From Vitrella brassicaformis CCMP3155 (taxonomy: Eukaryota > Protista > Chromerida), in contig CDMY01000347.1 in assembly GCA_001179505.1 (NCBI GenBank), positions 372,001 through 436,000 on the forward strand: a stretch of DNA of 64,000 nucleotides, in the 5' to 3' direction. This document shows, piece by piece, positions 29,633 through 41,497 of this stretch. Positions within the stretch are counted from its first letter, which is position 1. Every line of letters starts with the position of its first letter. Below the pieces are notes generated by a model. It did no database searches, was not told where the DNA came from, and saw nothing but the letters and a program-made list of their open reading frames with translations. The position numbers and the translations under genes are program-made.

Positions 29633-30251
29633 TTAAATCGGTGATCCAGGCCTGGGTGGAGCTGGTGAGTGCAGTGCCGCGTACCTCTGACACCTGCCCC
29701 TCAATGCCGCTCACGACCTTCTTGATCTCAAATGGCATGGCGTCTTCGTCGGCCTGACAGCGATGACAGGCAATCATCATGGGACATGTGCCCGGTATAT
29801 GTGCGACTGACTGACGTCGCCCGTCCGCACCTGACCTGCATGTAGCTGTCCGTCACGCCGACGTAGAGGGCGAGTCGCAGCTTGCCCAGCGGCAGGCTCA
29901 TCTTGTCGTCAATGGCAATTTGCTGCTTCAAGTCCAGCGGCTTCCCCTCCTTGTTGGCAGTCTCCACTGCCTCTCTGAACATCCCCTGCAGTTATCACAC
30001 ACACATACACACACGATCCCTGTGTATGTGGTGGTGGTGGGGGGGGGATGTGGAGGGGAATGCAGACAGACCTACCTTCCAGTCGTCGAATCGCGTGCAC
30101 AGGGCGTCGAGAAACACGCGCTCCTCCTCTTGTGTCAGGTGTGGCAGCAGGCCCTGCTGCTCTAGACTGCGAAGCATCTCCTGACACCTGCACGCACCAA
30201 AAGGAGAGACGAGAGGAGAGGAGAGAATCAACTTCCTGATGGCATTGGTGC

Positions 30252-30302
<51 letters not shown>

Positions 30303-31042
30303 CGGCTGACTTGGTCGGGCTTCGTGTGGGCGCGGGTACGTCAGGGATGAGATGCAGCGCCTGTATGCCTCTGATGTTGGTGGGCGACTCACTGGCGCGG
30401 AGGTACTTGTTGCCCTTGACGTGGTCCTGCACGCGACGCTCCCACTTCTGATGAGTCAGTGTCGGCATGTTTGCAAAAGGTCACACCACATCACGACACA
30501 CAGACATGACACACATTCACACATGAGCTTCAGCTTCCCTCATGCTATCTGCTATGGTCATTTATCTCCCACCCACCTTGGACACTTGTCGCTCGATGCC
30601 ACTGACGCGCCGGGCGATGGCGAATTTGTCCTCAGACAGATCTTCGGGTTTGTCGACACCGCACAGGTGAGCGATGTACAGGGCATGACGCACGCGCCGC
30701 ACCGGGGCTGTCTGCATCACACACAGGCAAACAGACAGACAGACAGACAGACAACCGAGGCAGATCATGCACCCGTGGTGGGAATGGCCAAAGCCTGCGT
30801 ATGTGTGTTCGCACCTGCTCTCCGACAGTCAGGGCGTGTGCCTCGTCCAGCTCCTTGCCGGCCCTCTCGCAGTCGTCCACATAGAGGTCGAACGCCTGCT
30901 TCCAGTGGGCAAACTGCGGCAGCTTGAGAATGTTCTCGAACGTGTCGATATCCGAGTCGGAGGCGGCATGGATGAGGCCCTTCAGAGCCAGGCTCTTCAC
31001 AAGCCGCCGCAACTTAGACGATTCCATCGCTTTATTTCTCAA
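29494..31042 (-). CDS. Hypothetical protein with two internal repeats of about 100 aa
   Basis: Spliced exons give two units sharing W-K..F, R.ALY, VSGIExQVS and KWExR. Stop at 29494-29496. Confidence 0.7.
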
Positions 31043-31408
31043 GCGCCGGGTGGGGAAGCGTTGATCAGCTGAGTCTTGACGTCACAGGGTGCGATTCTCC
31101 GGGCGGAGCAGACAAACAGTAGGGGTGGGTCGGTTTCACGGAGCTTGTAAACACACGGTCCGTCCCGCCTCTTTTTCCGAAATCGTCCGCGGATCTTGCC
31201 CCTGCCGTGCCCCACCCCCTCACCAGAGCTTCAAATCAGTGGACCGACATCAAAACACCCCACGGTAAGGGCCGGATCTCGCCCATCCCGCAGTGAGCCC
31301 GGGAGAGCCCACAGGACACAGAAATCGGTCGGATTGGACACAGATCAGGACGTGTTCGTGTGGGTGGGGTGTATGGGCCGCTTACCGACACAGGATTGGC
31401 CGCCCGAG

Positions 31409-34400
31409 ATGAAGATCTTTGCGGTTTTCGGCTTCCTGTTGGTGGCGCGGCTGTGCGGCGCGTTCGAGCCGACCCCCGCCCAGATGTGCCCGTCGCCCAA
31501 GATCACGTCCAAGAAGGACGGCCAGCTCACCAAAATAGACTGCACAGAGGCCGGTAAAACCACAAAAACAGAGGGAAAGTGTCCGTCCACCCACCACTTT
31601 TGTGTGCCGGAATGTGTGTGTGGTGTGTCCCTGGATGGATGGTATGCAGCGCTGAAGAACGCGCTGGCCAAGGGCGGTGCATACCTGTTCAAGTGTGCCA
31701 GCAAGCCCGGCGTGACGACCATCAACCTTTCGTCCAAGGAGCTGTTCTTCAACACGGACAAGGGCAAGGACACCTACCTGGAGGGCAAGGGCAAGGTCAT
31801 CCTCAAGGGCGCTCGGTTCCTGCTCAACTCGTCCTTCGAGCGAGACTGGCCCAAGGTGACGGTCAAGGGCCTCGGCTTCACGGGATCCACGAGCCCCAAG
31901 AAGGACGGCATGCCCGACGACGGCGGCGCCGCCATCTTCCGGTCAGTGGACGGTGGGAGAGGGTGCCTGTGAACATGTCTCGGAGCGTGTTGTGTTGTGT
32001 GTGGGGTGTGTCTTTGTTGTGTGGCGCAGACGTGGTGGTCAGTTGGAGGTCTCCAAGTGCTGGTGGGTAGGAGGGTGGAGCAGGGCGGCAGACAGATGCT
32101 TTGATGGATGGATGGGCTGCATTCCCTNNNNNNNNNNNNNNNNNNNNNNNNNNNNNNNNNNNNNNNNNNNNNNNNNNNNNNNNNNNNNNNNNNNNNNNNN
32201 NNNNNNNNNNNNNNNNNNNNNNNNNNNNNNNNNNNNNNNNNNNNNNNNNNNNNNNNNNNNNNNNNNNNNNNNNNNNNNNNNNNNNNNNNNNNNNNNNNNN
32301 NNNNNNNNNNNNNNNNNNNNNNNNNNNNNNNNNNNNNNNNNNNNNNNNNNNNNNNNNNNNNNNNNNNNNNNNNNNNNNNNNNNNNNNNNNNNNNNNNNNN
32401 NNNNNNNNNNNNNNNNNNNNNNNNNNNCGGGGTCGCTTCAGGTTTTGGGATAATCAGGCGCCCACGACCGGTCAGGACGTGGCCGGCGGGGCCATCTCGA
32501 GCATCGGAGGAACATGGACCAAGGTGGGTGCGTCACTGGCTGCTGGCACAAAGATGAGGATCGACACACACACACACACGCATACACACTTGGTGTCTGT
32601 CTGTCGTTGCCCGCTGTGTGCGTGTGTGCAGGTGGACAAGTCAGTTTTCTTCAACAACAAAGCCTCGAACGGAGGGGCCATCGGTAGGCACATGACACAC
32701 CACACCACACCACACCACATCACACCACACACACCATTGACCCTCCCATCCACCCACCCACCCACCCACCCCTACACACACTGATGCGTGGATGTATGTG
32801 GTGCAGGCAATCTGCACAACCATCTTGAGGTGACCAACAGCTACTTCCTCGGCAACGCGGCGAGCGGCATTCGGGGCAACCCCGGCCAGGGAGGCAACGG
32901 CGGCGCCATCTCCATCGACGGCGTCGACAACGTCATGAAGTTCTGTGGCACCGTCTTCGCCGAAAACACAGCCAACTCCTTCGGTGGCGGCATCTTCAGA
33001 GTGCAGGTACGCACGCGAACACAGCACTTAGAGATTTGCCTTTTCCTCACACACCACACCCTTGCCGATCTGCGTGTGTGTGTGTATGTGTGTGTGTGCA
33101 GAACCGGGGCAGTGCGCCAATGGAGCTGCTCAAGTCGATCTTCTACAAGAACGTCATCATCGAGGACGACGAGCAGGGCTTCGCCGCGGGGGCGTACCTG
33201 CAGCTGGGGCCCTACAGCATCAAGGACGTCATCTTCAACGGCAACAAGGCCAAGGGCTACTCGGCCTTGTTCATCGGACCCAACTCACAAAACGTCGAAC
33301 TCACCAACGTCGCCTTCGTCAAGAATGTCGCCACAAAGGGGCTTGCCGCCGGTGAGGGAGTGAGCGAGCGAAGGGGTGGGAGGGAGGGAGGCATCCCTCG
33401 TGGGACGTGACCATGTGACATTGTCTGGTGTGTCTGTCGCTGTGCCTGCAGGTGTGGGCATATCAGGCGGGACCAGCGGCATCATGAACAAAATGACCTT
33501 CTTCCAGAACAAGGCGCTGGAGGCATTCGCTGCCGTCTCGACCGGTGAGTGAGTCGAACACACACACACACACACACATGGTTGGTGCGGCGCGAAGTGT
33601 CACCTGCACTGTGTCTTATTGTGTCGTGTGTGTGTGTGTGCACAGGCGGCCAGGATTACAAGTTGTCGAACTCTGTGATGACCAAGAGCGACGCCGGCAA
33701 CCCCTGGCCGCCCACCGGCTGCAAAGACACCTTCCTGGAGGGCGGCAACAACTACCAGGTACCCCTATCCTCTCCTCCCACACACAATCCATACCACTCC
33801 GCCAGCCACCCATGTGTGTGTGTGTGGTTGTGTGTGTGTATGTGTGTGTGTGATTAGGACTTTGACAAGCCCAAGGACGTCCAGGGCCCCGACCAGCAGT
33901 GCTCGCCGAAGGCCAAGGACTTCAAGAAGTCCAGTGGCACCAGCAAATGGATCACCGGCACGTGCCCACAGGTACCCTCGGACACACGAGCGGGTGGATC
34001 AGTGGATGGATGGATGGATGAATGGACACAATAGAGAGAGACGCAACATTTTCCGCCGTGCGTGTGTGTGTGTGTGTGTGTGTTGACGCCTGCAGATGTA
34101 CGTGAAGCGCAACAAGAAGTCTGTGGCCTGGGGCGCCCGCTGCTGGTCCATCCCCAAGTTCCGTGTCGACGGCAAGCACCCCCAGAAGCGTCTCGTCCTG
34201 CACATCGACGTCCAGGACGCCATCAAGAACGGCTTCGACAAGACCAAAGCCACCAAGCTGCGCAACCTCGATGAAGACGACAACGGCGATGAGGACCAGG
34301 AGGAGGAAAAGGAGGAGGAGGAAGAAGATAATGGCAACGGTGAGGAGGAGAGTGAGGGTGAGGATGAGGATGATCCCGTTGATGAGCTCCCCGAGGGGGC

Positions 34401-34769
34401 GATGCCCCAAGGCGAGGCGGAGGCCGCCGACGCACCCGAGCCCGAGACTCCCGACGCTGAGGAGGAGGAGGAGGAGGAGGAGGAGGCCGAGGCGCCCGAG
34501 GCCGAAGGTAGGTGACCCTACCCACCCCATCTCATGACATGACTGGTGGCTCTCTTGTGGTGTGTGGCGTCAGATGGTGCCGGCGACGAGGAGGCTGCAG
34601 AGGAGGACCCCGAGGCTGACGAGGAAGAGGTCGCCGAGACACCTGAGGCCCCCGAGGGAGCAGATGCGGCCCCCGAGGAGGAGCCGGCAGCAGCAGTCGC
34701 AGCAGGCAAGGGCAAGGGCAGGGCCGCCCTCGATGAGGCCACATCCGGTACATCACGAACGCATCACAA

Positions 34770-34800
<31 letters not shown>

Positions 34801-36748
34801 CGAACGGGCTTGTGCGTTACCTTCCTGGCTGGCTGCCTGTGTGCAGAGGTAGTGAATATGTTTGTGTCGGCGACGGCCGAAGTGTATGGGTCGACGCAGC
34901 AGGCCTTCAAGTTCGCCACACGCGGGAAGAAGATTGTCGACAAATGGGACCTCGACGTACGCCACAGACTCAGCCGAGCAAAGACACACACACACAGAGA
35001 GAGAGGGAGAGAGCCAGGCCTCCCACTATGTGTCGCGTCGCGTCTTGTGTGCACGCGTATTCAGGCGTTCTTGTCGAAGCGCATCAACCTGACAATGGCC
35101 AAGGAGGAGCAGGTGGGAAGGGGGGGTGGCTGTGGTGAGGAGAGGGACGAAAACACACGTGTGTGTATGTATGTGTGTGTAGGCCGAGCTCCTGGCCCAG
35201 CTGGACAGCGTCACCCCCAACGGCAAAGTGAGCTACAGAGAGTTCCGCAAACCCTTCCAAGGAGTACTGCCCGGTGGGCGAAGACGACACACACACACAC
35301 AACATGGATGCCTCTTTGATGCAACCATGTGTCCTTGCTTGCTTTGTCGATCTGCAGACAATGCCCGTCCGGTCTTCGCCTGCCCGAAGCCTCCCGTCGT
35401 GCTGAAGACCGCGGCCGGCAAGAACATCTTCGAAAAGATCTACCGCCTCTTCCCGGCCACTGACGAGGAGACCTTCGATGAGAACCTCAGCTATACCGTG
35501 ACCATCCAGAAATTCGACGCCAAAGGCACGAGATTACACACTTACACACATGGCGCCATGATGTTGCTGGTTGACCTCTGGCGCTCTCTGTCTCTGTGTG
35601 TGTGTGTGTTGATAGGTCTCCAGCTGGTGTACCAGCCCGACTACGACAAGCGTGTGCTGGGCCTCCTGTGCACCAAGGGTGTCGAGGCGCCGTCGACCGT
35701 CACAGCCTCGCTCGCCATCACCGTGTCTGACGACCGCAAGGTGCACGCCGCCAAGCCCACGGTGTGCAAGGTCAGACTCGTGTGCACGGCGGCTGCCGGC
35801 AAGGGCAAGGGCAAAGGAGGCAAGGGCAAGGGCGGCAAGGGCAAGCCCGAAGACGCCCCTGCGGACGACACCGCTCCCGAAGCCGAGGCCCCCGAGGCGC
35901 CTGAGGCCCCCGAGGAGGCGGCAGCCGGCAAGGGCAAAGGGGGCAAGGGCAAGGGCGGCAAGGGCAAGGGTGGCAAGGGCAAGGGCGAGCTTCGTAGCCT
36001 CACGGGCTACAGCTACGGCTACGGCTACGGCCTTGGCGGCCCCAGGAAGACTGCGAAGGGTACGGAAAGCGCAGAGAGGGCGGGATGGCCACTTCGATGG
36101 AAGCCGCTGGTGTGTTTGTGTGCAGAAATAGTGGATATGTTTGTGTCGGCGACGGCCGAGGTGTATGGGTCGACCGAGAAGGCCTTCAAGGTGGCCGCTC
36201 GCGGCGACGAGTTCGTCGACAAATCCGACCTCGAGGTAAGGCTAGAGCAAAGCGGTCGCTGCCAGATGGCTAATGTGTGTGCGTTGTGTGGGTCCGCGCG
36301 GTCCATGCATTGCACAATGAATGCAGCACTTTCTGGCGAAGCGCATCAACATGACGCTCAACGTGTACGAGCACGCCAAGCTGCTGACCGCCTTGTCCTC
36401 CATGACAGAGCCCAAGCTTGACTACGCCGTCTTCGAGAAAATCTTCAAGGGCAAGCTACCAGGTAGAGCGACGTCCATACCGACTCCACGCCATTAACCA
36501 CTGCTCTGCGTGTGTGCGTCAATCAGATAATGCCCGTCCCGAGTTCAAGTGTCCCAAGAGCCCCGTCGTGCTGAAGGCCACGGCCGGCAAGAACACCTTC
36601 GAGAAGATTTTCCGCCTCTTCCCGGCCACTGACGAGGAGACCTTCCACGAGGCCCTCAACTACACCGTCAAGATCAACAAATTCGACGGCAAAGGTGCGG
36701 CAGCAGCCGCTGACACACGACCGTGGCCCCCTTATCTGTTTCATCGGC

Positions 36749-36781
<33 letters not shown>

Positions 36782-38801
36782 TGTTTTGATAGGTCGCAAG
36801 CTGGTGTACCGCTCGTCCTACGACAAGCGTGTGCTGGGCCTCCTGTGCACCAAGAAGGTCAAGACCCCCTCCTCCGTGACAGCCTCGCTCGCCATCACGG
36901 TGGTCGACAAGAAGAAGAACAAGCACGCCGCCAAGCCCACGGTGTGCAAGGTCAAGCTCACCTGTGAGGCCGCCAAGTCCAAGGGCAAGGGCAAGAGCAA
37001 GGGCAAGAGCAAGGGCAAGAGCAAGGGCAAAGCAAAGGGCAAAGGCAAGAGCAAGCCCAAGAAGCCCAAGCTCCGCAATCTCCAAGACGAAGAAGAGCAA
37101 GAGGAGGATGAACCCTCCTACATCGAGGCACCAGAGGAGGACGAGGCCGACGACGAGAGTGAGGATGATGCCGTCGACGAGGCCCCTGAGGAGGCCGAGA
37201 CTCCCGACGCTGAGGAGGAGCTGCCCGAGGCCGAAGGTAGGTGACCCCACCCACCCACCCCATCTCATGACATGACTGGTGGCTCCTTTGTGCTGTGTGG
37301 CGTCAGATGGTGCCGGCGACGAGGAGGCTGCAGAGGACGACCCCGAGGCTGACGAGGAAGAGGCTGCCGAGGCACCTGAGGCCCCCGAGGAGGTGCCGGC
37401 AGCAGCAGTCGCAGCAGGAAAGGGCAAAGGCAAGGGCAAAGGAAAGGGCAAAGGAGGCAAGGGCAAGGGCGGCAAGGGCAAAGGCGCCGCCGATGAGGCC
37501 GCATCCGGTACACACAAGGGAGGTGCACGACCCCCCCACCCCCCACCACAACAAGCCCCATGAGTGGACTGCGCGTGCATGGTGGATGGATGGATGTGTG
37601 TGAACGTAGATGTGCTGGGTCTGTTCGTCAACACCACGGCCGCCACCTATCCGTCCATCAGAAAGGCCTTCATGATGCTCGCCCGGAAGAAGAAGGTCTT
37701 CGACAAAACCGCACTCTTCGTAAGCACACACACACACACACACAAACACACAAACACACAAACACACAAACACAAACACACACACACAAACAAGCCGCTT
37801 GACACGCACTGACCCCTGTGTGTGTGTGGGTGTGTGTGTGTGTGCAGGGTTTCCTGACGAAGCGCGTCAACCTGACCCTCACACGTGACGAGCGGGCCGA
37901 GCTGCTGGCCCAGCTGGACAGCGTCACCAACAACGGCTTAGTGAGCTACAGAGAGTTCCGACAGCCTTTTGTGGGCATCCTCCCAGGTAAGGTACCTTAA
38001 TGCAGCAAGAGGGAGGGCAACGCATGGATGGCCACGCAAGCCCTCTCCCTGTCTGCTGCACTGTGCGTGCGCCACTTCAGATAACTTGCCCCCGGTGTTC
38101 GCCTGCCCGACGCCTCCCGTGGTCCTGAAGGCCTCCGCGGGCGGCAATGCATTCGACAAGATTTTCCGCCTCTTCCCGGCCACCGACGAGGAGACCTTCC
38201 CTGAGGCCCTCAACTACACCGTCACCATCGAGGAATTCGACGGCGAAGGCACGTTATTGCACATTCACAGCCGCCCATCTATTGTGTCTCACTCACAGCC
38301 GCCTATTGCCTCTCATTGGCCTTTCTGTTTCTCTCCGTGTTGACAGGTCGCCAGCTGGTGTACCAGCACCCCTTTGGCAAGCGTGTGCTGGGCCTCCTGT
38401 GCACCCAGGCCGTCGAGATGCCCTCCTCAGTCACAGCCTCGCTCGCCATCACGGTGATCGACAAGATGGGCAAGCCGCACGCCGACAAGCCCACTGTCTG
38501 CCCGCTGACACTCGTGTGCACGGCGGCTGCCGGCAAGGGCAAGGGCAAGGGTGGTAAGGGCAAGCCCGAAGACGCCCCTGCGGACGACACCGCTCCCGAA
38601 GCCGAGGCCCCCGAGGCGCCTGAGGCGCCCGAGGAGGCGGCAGCTGGCAAGGGCAAAGGAGGCAAGGGCAAAGGGGGCAAGGGCAAGGGCGGCAAGGGCA
38701 AAGGCGACGCCGGCAAAGGGAAGGGCAAGGGCGACGCCCGCAGCCTCCTCGACACCGGCGTGACGGCTGCGGAGGGCAGCGAGGACCTGCTGCTCGTGTA
38801 A
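31409..38801 (+). CDS. Large secreted modular protein: right-handed parallel beta-helix (GGAI/FxxN repeats) plus three EF-hand/cadherin-like modules with acidic and GKG linkers
   Basis: Signal MKIFAVFGFLLVARLCGA; repeats GGAAI, GGAIS, FFNNKASNGGAIG, FLGNAAS, FAENTANSFGGGIF. Three modules (about 34845-35790, 36125-36970, 37600-38520) with LDSVTPNGKVSYREF, DNARPVF, FPATDEETF and KRVLGLLCT. Spans a gap. Confidence 0.8.
32128..32427. other. Assembly gap (300 N) inside the beta-helix gene
   Basis: N run. Confidence 1.
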
Positions 38802-39077
38802 GTAGGTACCCACTGGTCAGTGGGTTGCGTAGGTAGCATGGTATGGTAGCCCCGAGGGGGACGGGATGAGAGGGTGGGTGGCTGTGTGTCGATATTGGCC
38901 TTCTTGTAATGCATGGAATGATTGGATTGGATTGCATGACATGAGACGAGGTGGTTCCTTCGTACGCACCTATTGACCCCTCTCCCTCGACCCTCCCCCA
39001 CCTGCTGCTGTTTTTCAAGTCAGCCAGTGCCGCGGGGCGCGTGCAATTTTCCCCTTCCCGGCGACAGGCTGGGCAAA

Positions 39078-39112
<35 letters not shown>

Positions 39113-39997
39113 TGTGTATGAGTGCATCCATCATGGTGGGTGCATCTCGCATTTGCCTGAATTAGTTTTGCCCACCACACGGCACGGCCCAAGCCACACG
39201 CCATTTCACACCCGCATCACGGCAGTCATTGCACAAACAACCGAGCCTAAACGCTGGCCGGCCTTTCTTTGCCTCACACACACACACACACACACTCACA
39301 CACACACACACACAGAAGGGCCGTCTGTGTGGGGCGAAGGGGTGGGTGGGTGGGTGGGGTGGGGTCCGACGGAGCGAGTTTTGTCAAGGCTTTGGTCCTC
39401 TCTGACTCATTTCTAAGGCTGCTGTCATGATGCCATCCATGGTGCCTGCCTGGCTGTCTGCCTGTGTGCCTGTGCCTCGATCGACGTGACGTATGTGCGG
39501 ATACTCGTACATTTATAAGACAGACAGACGGACCGGCACTGACTGCAGTGGGGGGCAGGGCAGTTTTTGAAAAGGACCTTACACACCGACCGACCGACCG
39601 ACCGACCGACCAGCCGATATGTATACGACAGCACGGCAACCATCATTCTCACCAGGCCAGGTCCACACACTCCACTCCATGTCTGCCTTGTCCAGTCCCA
39701 CTCACTGGCAGAAAGGCAAACCCACCGATAGATCTCGCACATCTCACACGCGCCATGCCATGGGCACTGCAGCAGATATCGCCACAGCGGGTGATTTGAT
39801 GTATGGATAAATGAAGCTCTCTCACAGGACGTTCCAGAAAGACAGACACATGACACGCACACAGACACAATGTGATAAACGAGACCAAAGGACAGTGTGT
39901 GCCACGCCCGCCACACACGACGAGAAATGTGTGTGGGCCATCGCCCATCTAGAAACCGGCAAGACCTATGACCTACCAATCCCCTGGCTGTGGCCCT

Positions 39998-41273
39998 TTA
40001 CTGTGGTGTGGACGTCAGCATCTGGTCGGCCAGCTGCTCCACAGCCTGCACACCGGACAAGGCTTCCACGGGGTGCTCGATCACACCCACTTGGTGCCTG
40101 CACACGACACCCACAGATCGATGTGTTGATTGCCATGAGGTGACTGACATCCTGGCAGGTAGGTACTCACTGTATGGCTCCGACGACGCCAAATTGTCCG
40201 CCGAGGAGCCCCAGCGCGCCATCGCCGATGACGCCCAGGGCCAGGTCAAACTCAGCCCCGGTGTCGCCCTGCCGCGCCTTCTCCAGGCCAGCAAAGAACC
40301 CAAAAGTGGCCTTCTTCGGCTCAGCCTTCTCATCCCTCTGCTCGGCACCTGCACGACCACCAATGCATAGGCAGGCCGCATAGCATATCGGCGCATATGT
40401 GTGTGTGTGTGGTGTGTGGTGTGTGGTGTGTGTGACCTTCTTCCTCTTCTGGAATGTCTGGCTTCTTCTCTCGGAGCGCCTCGGCCACATCGGTCAGACC
40501 GAGGTCCATGACTTTGCCGCCGACAGCGCCGCCAATCATCGCTCCAGGGGCACCACCGAGCGGCGCGCCAATCAAGCCGAACACGAAGATGCCCGTCGTC
40601 CGTGTGGCAAGCTGCAGTGTCTGGGTCGCACCCTGACACAGAGAGAGAGAGGGAGAGGTGCGTGTGTGCAGGGGTGCTGCACGTACCGTACCTCAGTGTC
40701 GCCAAACCCCAGGTGTATCCCGGCGTTGAGATGGCCGACGACGGGGCATGCGTCGACCGTGGCATTGACCACCTTCCAAGTGCTCCGCAGGAACTCCTTC
40801 TGCGTCTGGGTGGCATTGTCACGCTGACCCAGCGACGCCTCTACCAGTGACCGGCACTGGGAGATCACCACAAAGCAAACATGGCATGGCGGGACCGCAC
40901 ACACAGATATATGGGATGTCGTTGACCGCTTAGCTTACTGCTCCTGCGTGTGCCGTGCGCCAGCAGTGTCGCCTCGAAGCGCCTGCAGGGGATGATTTGC
41001 AGGGAAGGGATGAATGAGCCACGCAAATCAAATCGGAGGGTGAGTCCATTGGATCATTTCACTCACTGCATGAGTGCAGTGCTGCTTTTTTTGTCTGCCT
41101 GACGTACCTGGTACGCCGACTTGACCTGGCTCACGAAGGGCAGGAGATCTGTGAGCGACTGCGTCGCCATCCCTCTCAGGCCACCAGCTCAGCTCGCGAA
41201 GGTTCCGTGAAACCGCTCTCGGAAGAGAAAGGGAAAAGAAGAAGAGGAGCAAACACCCGCCAAGCGCAACCAA
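39998..41273 (-). CDS. Secreted or membrane glycine-zipper protein
   Basis: Signal MVALGGCLLLFFFSLSLPRA; phase-compatible exons giving VNATVDACPVVGHLNAGIHLGFGDTE and TTGIFVFGLIGAPLGGAPGAMIGGAVGGKVMD (GxxxG zipper); last exon ends LTSTPQ* at 39998. Confidence 0.7.
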
Positions 41274-41497
41274 CCGTTGTCAACAAACCACCCAGCTGTC
41301 TGCTTCAGTTTGATCAAAAGAGCAGCATCTCTTTCCTTTTCTTGTTCGAAGAAACAGCCGTACTGTAACAGCCAGAGGCTCTGCCGCTCGTGGTGTATGT
41401 GCATCGTCGCCCATGGGCCCTTCGGACCGATAGCTGGCATTTCCGGCACTCTGTGAAGACTTGCCGAGGTGTCCCATCGCCGGCCCATCGCCACACC

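Noticed and set aside
36741-37646. Long antisense ORFs over the GKG gene (and similar ones at 33952, 38427, 45801)
   Set aside because: Shadow ORFs of GC-rich, low-complexity coding sequence on the opposite strand.
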